Assembly: GCF_006345805.1 (NCBI RefSeq)
Contig: NC_043025.1
Coordinates: 744,001-808,000 of the forward strand
Length of the DNA: 64,000 nt
From: Octopus sinensis
Taxonomy: Eukaryota
Direction of reading: 5' to 3'
The notes under the pieces are model-generated. The model ran no database searches and was not told the DNA's origin. It saw only the letters and a program-made list of their open reading frames with translations. How positions within the stretch are numbered: position 1 is the first letter of the stretch; each line of letters begins with the position of its first letter. This document shows positions 49,353 to 64,000 of this stretch, one piece after another. The translations under genes and the position numbers were made by a program.

Positions 49353-49899
49353 GCAGTACCAGGCAGTGGCTCTCATGGCTTCTGATCTTAACTGATTGGA
49401 AGTGTTATCATGTACATTGTTTTGTCTTGGTTTAAAAGATGGGCTACAGCAAATATTCTGCTCAATACCACAGATTTGCTTCTCAGTTGTTTGACCGTAA
49501 CCAGTTGAGCATGTCCCTTAATGGCTGACGATATGTGCATCTCTGATCACGAGCAGAAGTAGTGGGGGAGCATCATAGCCATGTGTTGAGAAGGATTCTT
49601 TGGGGTTTGAATAATTCACCTCTGGAAACATGGGTGTTTCGTTCAACGTCCTTAAACAACCCTTATTCAGGGACCTTTTGAGCGGGATGGGTTACTCGAT
49701 CTGAAGAAAATTGTAACTGGGCTCCACCTGCAAGGTCATGTGCTGTTTATCTTAATATGAGATCACCATGTCGTGCACATATGGTTGTGATGCATGTGCC
49801 TGGTGTACCTTTATCAGACGGGTAGTCATGATGGGTATATTGGGCTTCGTATATTTTACCCCAGTGTCACTTTGATGGCATGAGCTGCTCTCTCACTCA
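49353..49899. mobile_element. Non-coding element embedded in (AAT)n microsatellite
   Basis: Complex ~545-bp segment flanked by (AAT)n at 49143-49352 and 49900-50122; class not determinable from sequence alone. Confidence 0.5.
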
Positions 49900-49956
49900 A
49901 TAATAATAATAATAATAATAATAATGATAATAATAATAATAATAATAATAATGATG

Positions 49957-50062
<106 letters not shown>

Positions 50063-50088
50063 TAATAATAATAATAATAATAATGATG

Positions 50089-50124
<36 letters not shown>

Positions 50125-50131
50125 TAACATT

Positions 50132-50323
50132 GGCGCAGGAGTGGCTGTGTGGCAAATTAGATAAAATAAAGTAGCTTGTTTACAAAGCACATGGTTCTGG
50201 ATTCAGCCCACTGCATGGCACCTTGGGCAAGTGTCTTCTACTATAGCCTCGGGCCGACCAAAGCCTTGTCAGTGGATTTGGTAGACGGAAACTGAAAGAA
50301 GCCCATCGTATATATGTATATAC

Positions 50324-50392
<69 letters not shown>

Positions 50393-50580
50393 CTCCCCCC
50401 TACATCACTTGACAACCGATGCTGGTGTGTTTACGGCCCCGTAACTTAGAGGTTCGGGAAAAGAGACCGATAGAATAAGTACTGGGCTTACAAAGAATAA
50501 GTCCCGGGGTCGAGTTGCTCGATTAAAGGCGGTGCTCCATCATGGCTGCAGTCAAATGACTGAAACAAGTAAAAGAGTAT
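50132..50580 (+). mobile_element. SINE family A
   Basis: Full-length match with a short insertion in the head. Confidence 0.8.
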
Positions 50581-50757
50581 TGAAAAATACCTTAGGAATG
50601 AGAACACAGGTTCGAAATATACTAAATTTTCCGATTATCAGCGCGCCAAAAGTAGAGGCATTCGAAAGATACATCCGAACGTAATAGGTTGTACTTTTTG
50701 CATGCGGGACTCCGGTACCGTTTTTCATCTAGTACAGCATATTATGCTCATAACAAA

Positions 50758-50817
50758 CTACGCTGATGAAGCTACAGATATCCTTGTGATATTAATAGCT
50801 GAAACTGCAGTACGTAG
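50758..50817 (+). ncRNA. Canonical type I hammerhead ribozyme motif (Penelope-type)
   Basis: Stem I CTACG/CGTAG; core CTGATGA (50763-69); stem II AGCTA/TAGCT extended by GATATC/GATATT; GAAA (50801-04); stem III AC-TGCA-GT (palindrome); GUA site (50810-12). Confidence 0.8.
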
Positions 50818-50976
50818 GTAATTATTCCATTTAGTATATTTCTTTTGTCTCATCCATTGCTTTAGGTCGTGCTGAATTTTATTTTTATTTGAGAACATAA
50901 TCCTTGTGGAGAATGGCGATTTGACGTCTATATCTAGCATGTTGACTGTCCACCTTTTCGTGTTCAGTCCTTAATT

Positions 50977-51019
<43 letters not shown>

Positions 51020-51182
51020 TTTAGAAGGAGCTTCTACAGGACTTGAACTGTTTCATTCAAATGAAATCATTTGAATGAAACAGTTCTAGTCCTGTAGAAG
51101 CTCCTTCTATAAAATAAATTAATTTTCTCTGCCATGTATTGAGTACCTTATTTACTGTGGTTAACCCCGACTCAACCCGGGA

Positions 51183-51245
<63 letters not shown>

Positions 51246-52549
51246 CAAGTGAAATCGGAATCGAAATTGAACCAATCCTATGACTGGCACCCGGCAGTTG
51301 CCAGGACCGCTGGACTGACTCCTGTGCAGGTGGCAAGTGAAGAAACACCATTTCGACCCTTTGCTTGAGGAGATCCATTGAGTCAAGTACACCAACGTCA
51401 AAATCAATGGAAACTGCAATTGTGATCCCGGTGGCGGTGGCACGTAAAAGGCACCATCTTAATGTGGCCGATGTCAGCGTTGCCTAGAGTGGCTTCCGTG
51501 CCGGTGGCACGTAAAAGGCGCCGTTCGAATCGTGGCCGATGCCAGCGTCGCTTTGACTGGCTTCCGTGCCAGTCAAAAATGGAAAAATATATGTGTAACA
51601 GGTGTAAGGCATCGTATATTGAAGGAATATGACGAAAAAAAAAGCGCGCTGACAAACGGGGGCGTGGGGAGGAGGCTCGGAAAATACCCACGATCAATCG
51701 TAGAGGATCCGAGCAATAAACCTCAACGCCCGGTCGCAGGAGCGCAACAGAAACCGTCTAAATACTTCTCATGCAATGTGTATACAACAAATATCGAGAA
51801 AAAAAGCGCGCTGACAAACGGGGGCGTGGGGAGGGGACTCGGAAAATACCCACGATCAACCGACGGGCTTCTTAAAGGTTCCGTCTACCAAACCCACTCA
51901 CAAGGCTTTTGCTGGCTCGAGGCTATAGTAGAAGACACTTGACCAAGGTACCACGCAGTGGGACTGAACCCGGAACCATGTGGTTGTTGAGGAAGCTACT
52001 TACCACACAGCCATCCACTCTTTCTCGAACACATCTCTTCTAAACCCTGCCAACGCTGTTTCCCCGAACACACTTCTCGACAAAACTCATATTTTTTTGT
52101 AACTTTCAAATAAAATAATAAAAAAAAAACCTTAATTTCATATTGATGTGGGGAAAATACTCCGAAAGAAATATTTGCAGAAAGGTGAGTAGATTCATTA
52201 CACAATTCATTTCATTGTGTTTAGTGAGATTTGGCTGTTATTTCTAGCATGAAAATAGCCGGCTTGAGGGGGATATATCTTTATATATAAAAGTGAGGTT
52301 GTGTGCTATCTGTCTCCTACGATTTAGATTCCTAACTACTCCCAACGGTTTCTGTTGCGCTCCTGCGACCGGGCGTTGAGGTTTATTGCTCGGATCCTCT
52401 ACGGTTGATCGTGGGTATTTTCCGAGCCCCCTCCCCACGCCCCCGTTTGTCAGCGCGCTTTTTTTTCGTCATATTCCTTCAATATACAATGCCTTACACC
52501 TGTTACACATATTTTTTTCCCTTTTTGCCACTTGGGCGCGGATCCATAT

Positions 52550-53339
52550 ATTAACCGCTTGCTCATTATCTAAATTTTTATATACTTCACATACATACAT
52601 ACATACATACATACATACATACATACATACATACATACATACACACATACATACACACATACATACACACATACATACACACATACATACACACACATAC
52701 ATACATACATACATACATACATACATACATACACACATACATACATACATACATACATCATACATACATACATACAAACACACATACATACACACATACA
52801 TACACACATACATACACACATACATACATACATACATACATACATACATACATACATCATACATACATACATACATACATACATACACACATACATACAC
52901 ACATACATACATACATACTTACAAACATACATTCATACATTCATACATACATACATACAAACATACAAACATACATACATACATTCATACATACATACAT
53001 ACATACTTACAAACATACATTCATACATTCATACATACATACATACGAACATACATACATACATACATGAACACGAACATATATACTGGTTTTCTCAAAT
53101 CATTTTATAAACAATAAAAATTGTGTCCAGGATTTCAAGTATGTTTACAAGAAGAGAATGTTTATATGTTTTTAAAGAATCTCAAAAATAGTTGATAAAT
53201 TTGAAAGAAAGAAAATGTTTTGGATTTTTATATTTCAAGGAAATTCAAAATTTGTGAATCAATTTTTTCCTGAAATGAAAAGTATAAACCTCATATACTT
53301 ATTTAATCTATACAATACATCTCTGCCTTCAGCTAAAAG

Positions 53340-53411
<72 letters not shown>

Positions 53412-54579
53412 TGTATGTATGTATGTATGCATGTATGGGGGCGTGTAAGCAAAATATAAGATAGAGAATTCTAAAATAATTTTCAGTCTTTGAGACTGTA
53501 GGCGTAGGAGTGGCTGAGTGTTAAGTAGCTTGCTTACCAACCACCTGGTTCCGAGATCAGTCCCACTGTGTGGCAGCTTGGGCAAGTGTTTTCTACTATA
53601 GCCTCGGGACAAACATGTACATATTTACGACGGGGCTGCCTTCAGTTTCCGTCTACCTGATCCACCCACAAGGCTTTGGTCGGCCGAGGCTATAGTAGAA
53701 GTCACTCGCCCAAGGTGCCACGCAGTGGGACTGAACACGTAACTATGTGCTTGATACGCAAGCTATTTAAGACATACCCCAACCCCGCCTATATTTCGAG
53801 AGTTATCTCCGCTTTCTTGCTATCGAAATTAAATCCGGCAAAAGAAAATTTGAAATCAATTGGGACGCCGGATCCGTTGCAACCGTTTAAAACTAAACTG
53901 AGGTAAGGCATTTTAATTACCTTTGAGACCATTTAACGCTTGAATGAACATCCTTTCATCTTAAACTCTGTCTGTGTGTCTATAAATTAATGATACGATA
54001 TTAATTATCGTAAAAGTGCGTGATCCAATTATGAGATCAGGAAATTAATGTTTTTGTTTTTGGTTATGAAACTTACAAGGGCGTGGCCGCTTTGTGGGGG
54101 GACAGAGATGGCGGTAACACAGAGTAGGGTTTCTGTTAAGTCAGCCTGAAATGGTAGGGTTTTATGTATATGTTTTAACAAGGGTGGATTTCACCGCTGT
54201 GGAATCTGGGTACCGTTTATTTAAGAAGAGTGGTCCCGTTGCGCGCACTCGTTTACTCGCGCACGCGCGCTAGATAGTCGTGACTAGTCGATCCTACAAC
54301 GACTTCCTAGCAAAGTAAATGAAACACAAAAACACAAAGTAAGGATCGACAAGTCCCGACTAACTAGTCATCTATCCTTAGTGTCCTCATTGACCACCAG
54401 ATAAGGGATCGGGGGACCCTATCGAAAGCTTTCTCCTTGTCAACAAAAGCCAGGTACAGGGGCTTATCTTTTGTAGGTATTTCTCCTGCAGCTGCCTTAC
54501 CAGGAATATAGCTTCAGTGGTACTTTCCCTGGCACGAAAATGTATACGTGTACACACAAACACACACACACACACACAC

Positions 54580-54633
<54 letters not shown>

Positions 54634-54681
54634 AATAGATACACATATATATTATACACACACACACACACGCACACACAC

Positions 54682-54733
<52 letters not shown>

Positions 54734-55742
54734 ATCTAGGTTAGTTGAAATATTTTTCTGATATATATCCACTGTTGATCGACAAGGTGAAAAGGTATTA
54801 AAACAAGATATGTGTCCAGTGCCGCCATCTCGACAGCGAAGGTGCTAGAAACATCAAAGTCTGTGATCCTGGCACTGGACAGAACTGGCGTTTTTATATA
54901 CTTTTAGGTGAAGAGAGAATTCTCACCACGGTGTAACTGCTGTAAATTTGCCTTTTAACAATTGAAATATATATTAATTAGAATAAAATTTGCATAATAC
55001 TGGAAAATTTTTAATGAACGGACAATATTAATATTAATTAATAATTCATGTAATGACACGATGATGTTGATGATAGTGATGACAACTATAATGGTAGTGA
55101 CGGGGGTGGGGTGGATGTATTCAGTTTTATACTGAAAAATATAAAATACTTGAAAACAATTGTTTAGAAAAACAAAACACTTCAGATGGCCAGAATTTGT
55201 CGATGGAATAGTTATCAGCATCCACCAGTTGGTCAAATTTGGAATGTCAGCACTTAAGAGGGAAAAACAAAATGCGAAACTGCTATCAAACGGATGCCAT
55301 CTGCACTGAGTATTAGAAACACACAGACACACACACACACAACAGACACACACACACACACACACACACACATGCACACACACAAACACAGACGTGATTT
55401 GTTTGCCTGTAAACTCAAGTGGTTGTTAAGCAAAGGATGGGTGGACAAATTTTGTATCACAGAAATACAATGCTATTTATTTAACAAAAAACGAACCAAT
55501 ATTTTAGCACACACTAACTCATGTCTATCTATCTATCTATGTATCTATCTATCAATCTCTCTCTCTCTATATATATGTATGTATATATATATATATATGT
55601 ATATATGTATATAATTCTACATATCGATATTTCAAAATGCATATATATATACATGTAAATATATATATATAGATGTACATATATATATAATACATATATA
55701 TATATATTATATATATATATATATATATACGTTCAACAACGT

Positions 55743-55785
<43 letters not shown>

Positions 55786-55922
55786 GTTCAACAACGTTCT
55801 ATATAATATATATTATAATATATATATATATATATTATATATATATAACTATTCTATTTTCTCACTTGACCGCTGGTGCCAGAAAATTTTCTTGAATTTT
55901 ATGTTACCCTTATATTGATTGA

Positions 55923-55962
<40 letters not shown>

Positions 55963-56200
55963 GTATATATATATATATGTACATATATGTATATATATTT
56001 ACATGTATATATATATGCATTTTGAAATATCGATGTATAGAATGATATACACATATGCATAAAACTATATATGCATTATGCATATACGGGATTGTCAAGC
56101 TGCTATTTCTGTTTGGTTAGTAATTAAGGAGATAACTTCTGTTTGGAAGTAATTAAAGAGATAATTACAATGTTTGTGCTGAAAGAGAATCCTGTATTTG
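52550..56200 (+). repeat. Segmental duplication, copy 1
   Basis: Collinear with 57465-61480 across (TACA)n, unique blocks, SINE pieces and an RT fragment. Confidence 0.9.
54372..54535 (-). pseudogene. RTE-type LINE RT fragment (second copy 59905-60075)
   Basis: STTEAIFLVRQLQEKY...PLYLAFVDKEKAFDRVP..LIWWSMR. Confidence 0.75.
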
Positions 56201-56273
56201 CCATAATTAGTCATCTTCATAATTAAGGTGGCGGGCTGACAGAATACATATATATATATAATATATATATTAT

Positions 56274-56378
<105 letters not shown>

Positions 56379-57464
56379 TAGACACATACAGACACACATA
56401 TACATGAGGAGGTCGTGCCTACTACTTCCTGATTCATTAGAAGTTTCCTTTTAACTGTTGGCAGTGTCACATTTTCCTCGTTGTTTGAACAAAGCGGACG
56501 CTGAATTTTTCTTATATAGAAAGACTTCAACCCGAACCAGGACATAATCTTCGAATTTGGTAAATACTTTTCTTTTGATATATATTTGTTTAACACAAAT
56601 GTTCATCTAATGATTCAATATTTTAGGTAGTTAACACTGGTTTTCTAACTCTCGAGTGAAATTTAAAATATTGTTTTTTGATAACTTCTTTTTTTCAAAG
56701 CTTAGTCAGCGAGAATTTTACTATCCACGCATTTCAACTCATAAAATATAGGTCTACATTAATATAGGGATTTCAACTCATAAATTATAGGACTACATTA
56801 AATACTGCAAGGCCTCGCGTCCAATATCTAATTCCAGAAGACCACCACTTCAGACTGATATTTTTTTTTAAAACACGTTCATAATAAAAATCAAAATTGA
56901 CCTTAGCAGGATTTGAAACCAGAATACAAAGAGTTACATTAATACCAATAACAACTCTACTAATTTTATCTCTTTCGTCTTTCAATCAATGAAATTTTTT
57001 AAATGATTTTATTTCAATTTTATAATTTGAATAATTATAAACAGTAATATGAATCAACAATGGAGTGTCTGGAATGTAGCGCGAGGTTAACATATTAGAT
57101 TATAAAGAATATAGGAAGGTCGTGGTTAGAACGCCTTTGGTCATAGTGTTCCTGGATAAGAATTAACTGAAGTTAAACATGCAATTAAGTTTAAGAAGAT
57201 TATAGTTTTATAGATTACATTTACAGCATGCTTCAATGATGGATTTACAGCATGCTTCAATGATGGATTTTCTATACATACATACATACGTACACCAAGC
57301 TTGCTTGGTGAGGAGGGTGTTTATTGGACAAGAAAAACAAAACCCGTTAAAGGGCGGAGGAACTCTTGAGAATCAACAGCCATCCAATTAATGTGTAATT
57401 ATATTTTTACTGTATATCTGCCTTCTTCTCACTAATTTTTATATATAGAATATTTTTATAGCTT

Positions 57465-58150
57465 GCTCATTATATAAATTTCTATATACTTCACATACAT
57501 ACATAATACATACATACATACATACATACATACATACAAACATACATACAAACATACATACATACATACATACATAAATACATACATACATACATACACA
57601 CATACATACACACATACATACACACATACATACACACATACATACACACACATACATACATACATACATACATACATACATACATACAAACATACACACA
57701 TACATACACACATACATACACACATACTTACACACATACATACATACACACACATACATACATACATACATACATACATACAAACATACATACATACATA
57801 CATACATACATCATACATACATACATACATACATACATACATACACACACACATACATACATACATACATACATACATACATACATACAAACATACATAC
57901 ATACATACATCATACATACATACATACATACATACACACACATACATACATACATACATACACACATACATACATACATCATACATACATACATACATAC
58001 ACACACATACATACATACATACATACATACATACACACATACATACATACATACATACACACATACATACATACATACATACACACATACATACACACAT
58101 ACATACACACATACATACACACACATACATACATACATACATACATACAC

Positions 58151-58183
<33 letters not shown>

Positions 58184-58386
58184 CATATATACATACATAC
58201 ATACATATATACATACATACATACATACCTACATACATACAAACATACATACATACAAACATACATACATACATACATACATACATACATACATACATAC
58301 ATACATACATACATACATACAAACATACATAGATACATACATACATACATACATACATACATACAAACATACGTACATAGATACAA

Positions 58387-58419
<33 letters not shown>

Positions 58420-58936
58420 CATACATACATACATATATACATACATACATACCTACATACATACAAACATACATACATACATACAAACATACATACATAC
58501 ATACATACATACAAACATACATACATACATACATTCATACATACATACATACATTCATACATACATACATACATACTTACAAACATACATTCATAGATTC
58601 ATACATACATACGTACGAACATACATACATACATACATACATGAACACGAACATATATACTGGTTTTCTCAAATCATTTTATAAACAATAAAAATTGTGT
58701 CCAGGATTTCAAGTATGTTTACAAGAAGAGAATGTTTATATGTTTTTAAAGAATCTCAAAAATAGTTGATAAATTTGAAAGAAAGAAAATGTTTTGGATT
58801 TTTATATTTCAAGGAAATTCAAAATTTCTGAATCAATTTTTTCCTGAAATAAAAAATATAAAGCTTGTCTTCTTCATATACTTTAATTTAATCTATACAA
58901 GAAATCTCTGCCTTCAGCTAAAAGTTGTTATATCTA

Positions 58937-58983
<47 letters not shown>

Positions 58984-60078
58984 ATGGGAGCGTGTAAGGA
59001 AAATATAGGATAGAGAATTCTAAAATAATTTTCAGTCTTTGAGACTGTAGGCGTAGGAGTGGCTGAGTGGTAAGTAGCTTGATTACCAACCACCTGGTTC
59101 CGAGATCAGTCCCACTGTGTGGCAGCTTGGGCAAGAGTTTTCTACTACAGCCTCGGGACAAACATGTACATATTTACGACGGGGTTTCCTTCAGTTTCCC
59201 TGTACGAGATCCACTCACAAGGCTTTGGTCGGCCGAGGCTATAGTACAAGACACTCGCCGAAGATGCCACCCAGTGGGACTGAACCCGGAACCACGTGCT
59301 TGGTACGCAAGCTACTTAACACATACTTCAACCCCGCCTATATTTCGAGAGTTATCTCGGCTTACTTGCCATCGAACTTAAATCCGGCAACAGAAAATTT
59401 GAAATTAATTGGGACCCCGGATACGTAGATACTGTTTCAAACTAAACTGAGATAAAGCATTTTAATTTCATTTGGGGCCATTTAACGCTTGAACGAACAT
59501 CCTTTCATCTTAAACTCTGTCCGTGTGTCTATAAATTAATGATCGTAAATATGCGTGATCCAATTATGAGATCAGGATGTTAATGTTTTTGTTTTTCGTT
59601 ATGAAACTTACAAGGGCGTGGCCGCTTTGTGGGAAGAACAGAGATGGAGGTAACACAGAGTAGGGTCTCTGTTAAGTCAGCCTGAAATGGTAGGGTTTTG
59701 TGTATATGTTTTAACAAGGGTGGATTTCTCCGCTGTGGAAACTAGATACCATTTATTTAAGAAGAGTGGTCCTGGTGCGCGCACTCGTTTACTCGCGCAA
59801 CCGCGCTAGCTAGTCGTGACAAGTCGATCCTACAACGACTACCTAGCAAAGTAAATGAAACACAAAATCACAAGTAATGATCGACTAGTCACGACTAACC
59901 ATTCATCTATCCTTAGTTTCCTCATTGACCACCAGATAAGGGATCGAGATACCCTGTCGAAGGCTTTCTCCATGTCAACAAAAGCCAGGTACAGGGGTTT
60001 ATCTTGGTAGGTATTTCTCCTGTAGCTGCCTTACCAGGAATATAAGCATCGGTGGTACTTTTCCTTCCTGCACGAATA

Positions 60079-60129
<51 letters not shown>

Positions 60130-60987
60130 TATTACATACAAACACACACACACATACACACATATATATTGTATCTAGGTTAGTTGAAATATGTTTCTGA
60201 TATATTTCTACTGCTGAATGACAAGGTGAAAAGGTATTAAAACAACATATGTGTCCAGTTCCGCCATCTCAACAACGAAAGTGCTAGAAACATCAAAGTC
60301 TGTGATCCTGGCACTGGACAGAACTGGCGTTTTTATATACTTTTAGGTGAAGAGAGAATTCTCACCACGGTGTAACTGCTGTAAATTTGCCTTTTAACAA
60401 TTGAAATATATATTAACTAGAATAAAATTTGCATAATACTGGAAAATTTTTAATTAACGGACAATATTAATATTAATTAATAATTCATGTAATGACACGA
60501 TGATGTTGATGATGGTGATGACAACTATAATGGTAGTGACGGGGGTGGGGTGGATGTATTCAGTTTTAGACTGAAAAAATATAAAAATACTTGAAAACAA
60601 TTGTTTAGAAAAACAAAACACTTCAGATGGCCAGAATTTGTCGATGGAATAGTTATCAGCATCCACCAGTTGGTCAAATTTGGAGTGTCAGCACTTAAGA
60701 GGGAAAAACAAAATGCGAACCTTAACATTCCCCGATCTGCTATTAAACGGATGCCATATGCTGTGAGTATTAGAAACACACAGACAAACACATGAAACAG
60801 ACACACACACACACACACACACACACATGATTTGTTTGCCTGTAAACTCAAGTGGTTGTTTAGCATAGGATGGGTGGATAAATTTTGTATCACAGAAATA
60901 CAATGTTATTTATTTAACAAGAAACGAACCAATATTTTTGCACAAACTAACGCATCTCTCTCTCTCTCTGTATCTATCTATCTATCC

Positions 60988-61052
<65 letters not shown>

Positions 61053-61068
61053 CTCTCTCTCTCTCTTT

Positions 61069-61142
<74 letters not shown>

Positions 61143-61157
61143 TATATAATATATATA

Positions 61158-61233
<76 letters not shown>

Positions 61234-61480
61234 CATGTATATATATGCATATTGAAATATCTATATATAGATTTGATATACACACATACATAAAACTATA
61301 TATGCATTATGCAAATACGGGATTGTCAAGCTACTATTTCTGTTTGGTTTAACGATATCAAATATCTCCACTCTTTGATTGCTGAACAAACTTTCTTAAA
61401 ATCAAATAATTACTACTCATTCGATATAATTAAAAAGATAATTACAATGTTTGTGCTGAAAGAGAATCCTGTGTGTGCCT
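57465..61480 (+). repeat. Segmental duplication, copy 2
   Basis: E.g. ATGAACACGAACATATATACTGG at ~53068 and ~58641; GATTGTCAAGCT at ~56090 and ~61321. Confidence 0.9.
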
Positions 61481-62174
61481 TAATTAGCCAACATTCTGTT
61501 GTATTTAAGAAATACCAGCTATCCCTTATTGTCTCGGGATTTCGCTTTCTCTCACATTTTATCAAGACATACACACACACAACTATTTATACATGTACGT
61601 TTGAGTGCCTATATGCGTATATATATATATATATATATATTATATTATATATATTATATATATATATATTTATACATATATATGTATTATCGATAGATGA
61701 GTGTATTATTACCTTGTTAACAATTAACACGGAAAACTTAAATAAATAGTTACCAGGGTAGCAAAAATCTCACAAGTATATTTTTGATCAGCTAATGAAC
61801 TTTTCAGCTGACTCTTGTGTGTGCTTATGTATGTATGTGTGTGTGTGTGTGAGCATTGGAATCACAATGATGAGGTTGTGAGTTCGAATCCTGGTCCGAG
61901 CTGTGTGTTGTGTTCTTGGGTAAGACACTTTATCTCACGTTACTCCAGTTCACTAATCGATAGAAATGAGCTGTGACCCCTCACTGCTGCCAAGCTGTAT
62001 CGGACCTCTTTGCCTTTCCCTTGGATAAAATCGGTGGCGTGGACGGGAGGGGCCAGTATGCATGGGCGGCTTCTGATCTTCCATAAACAGCTTTACTCGT
62101 ATTTATGCCTCCGAGGGGAACTTTCTAGGTGCAATCTCATGCTCATTCATGACCGAAGGGGGTCTTTAGCCTTT

Positions 62175-62207
<33 letters not shown>

Positions 62208-62669
62208 CAACATATATATATGTATAAATAAATAATATATATATATATATATACAGAGAGTGGGTATGCATGTGTAGGATGTGTAGAATGTATAAGTATA
62301 TGCATACATGTATGTATGTATAAATATATGCATATATGTATATGTTTACATACGTGAGACAGACAGACAGACAGGGAGCGTGTGTGTTAGAGAATAAAAG
62401 TGAGTAAGCGTGAGAGTATGAGAGATTGAGTCTCAGAAATTTGGTCATTGTTAAATGCATGTCAGTCGCCCACTTGAGGAAATAATATACATCGTAAACA
62501 AAGTAATTAACTCTCTAATTGTTCCATTTAATTACTTCATATGAGCTGTTATTATTAATTCCGACCTTGCTAAGAACATGTTTGCATTCCAGGAAATAAT
62601 GGCCATCAAACTTGAGTTTACCATATCAATATGTATCTATCTATCCTATCCATCTATGTGCGTGTATGC

Positions 62670-62731
<62 letters not shown>

Positions 62732-63016
62732 TTCGGGGTTCAATTTGGCCAAATGACTTCTACTATAGCCTTGGGCTGACCAAAGCCTTGTTTGTGTGTC
62801 TGTGTTTGTCCTCTCGTCATCGCTTGGCAACCGATGTTGGTGTGTTTGCGTCCCCGTAAATTAGCGGTTCGACAAAAGGAACCGATAGAATAAATACTGC
62901 ACTAGTAAAGAATAAATTCTGTGTCGATTTGTTTCACCAAAAGACACCGCTCCATCATGGCCGCGGTCAAGTAAAAGAGTATACATACATACCTATATAC
63001 ATACACATACATACAT

Positions 63017-63047
<31 letters not shown>

Positions 63048-63211
63048 CATATATGTGTGTATATATATATATGTGGGTGGGGGTGGAAGAAAAGCTGTAT
63101 CTTCTTATTCACACAATTCGTTTCACAATTCTACATTTTACTCATTGGATATTACAAAAATACTTTATTTTTTATTTTTAGAAAACCTTATTTTTTTCTC
63201 ATATGTTCACA

Positions 63212-63247
<36 letters not shown>

Positions 63248-63329
63248 CCCCACGTATTTCTAAACATAACCTGTATACCGTAACCCTTAAACCTAACTAA
63301 TACCTACAACTTAAACCCTAACCTAAAAA

Positions 63330-63740
63330 CTCAAACGCTTGGCCTCTCTTTTAAACCCTTCTCTCGTTCTAAATCCCTAATAAAAGAATTTTTTCTGATA
63401 CATTTGTCAACTGCTGTTTCTTTAGGTTTAGCCATATCAAATGTCCCTTCGTTTGTCCTGTTCCCCTAAACTTTATTAAAATAAGTTTCAAATGCAGTTG
63501 ATTATGGAACCTGTAAATGTGAGAATACCCATAGCTACAACTTATATTCTAACCCTTTCCCTATTTCTCGTCCTAAATCTTTCATACGAATTCCAAACGA
63601 TCTTTTCCTAGCATATTTGTCAACTGCTATTTCTGTTAGGCTTAGCGATACCAAAAGTCTCCTTCGATTGTCCTGTTCCCCTAAATATAAATGAAATATA
63701 AAATGCAGTTGATTATGGCACCTCTAAATGGGAGAATACA
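63330..63740. repeat. Diverged tandem duplication, 2 x ~215 bp
   Basis: ATTTGTCAACTGCT...TTGTCCTGTTCCCCTAAA...AAATGCAGTT occurs twice. Confidence 0.75.
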
Positions 63741-64000
63741 AGGTGAGATGATGAATGAGATGAGAGGGTAATAATGCCTTTCCAGATATATAATAATCCC
63801 GTAAATGAAATAAAGAATAGTTTTCAAATATGAACAGGCTGAAATTAAGCGTGTGTGCAGTAAAGCACATTGAAATTGCATAATTACAGCTAATTTGAAG
63901 TAATTAAAGATATAATTACTATGTTTATGTTGTGTCCTCAATTTGTCTAAACTGGGAAATTTGGGATGTATTTTATTAATACCAAGAATTTATAACTTGC

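Noticed and set aside
56455-56562. AG/GT-bounded plus-strand candidate exon (ggcag|TGTC...TTTG|gtaaat)
   Set aside because: Stops in all three frames and no partner exons found.

Overview
AT-rich, microsatellite-saturated animal genomic DNA. The SINE families and repeat style suggest an octopod cephalopod (inference from recalled repeat families; not searched). I find no intact protein-coding gene, and almost all ORFs in the track come from microsatellites or tandem repeats. Supported content: (1) a multi-exon minus-strand pseudogene (~24.8-36.1 kb) with an ankyrin-RING-death domain architecture, phase-compatible splice junctions and several inactivating lesions; (2) transposon relics: Tx1/L1 LINE 3' end inserted in (GATA)n, CR1-type 3' end, RT fragments, hAT and Tc1 transposase remnants, a Penelope-like GIY-YIG ORF, non-autonomous Helitrons, piggyBac MITEs, fold-back MITEs and many tRNA-derived SINEs; (3) four tandem arrays (121, ~130, 171 and 66 bp units), two traceable to retroelement pieces; (4) local direct and inverted duplications. 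The most notable hidden signal is a set of Penelope-type minimal hammerhead ribozyme motifs. One is fully canonical (50758-50817), and one family sits in the 3' part of a tRNA-headed Pol III SINE, suggesting a ribozyme-carrying SINE/retrozyme system. Repeat boundaries are read by eye and approximate; nothing was computed or searched.
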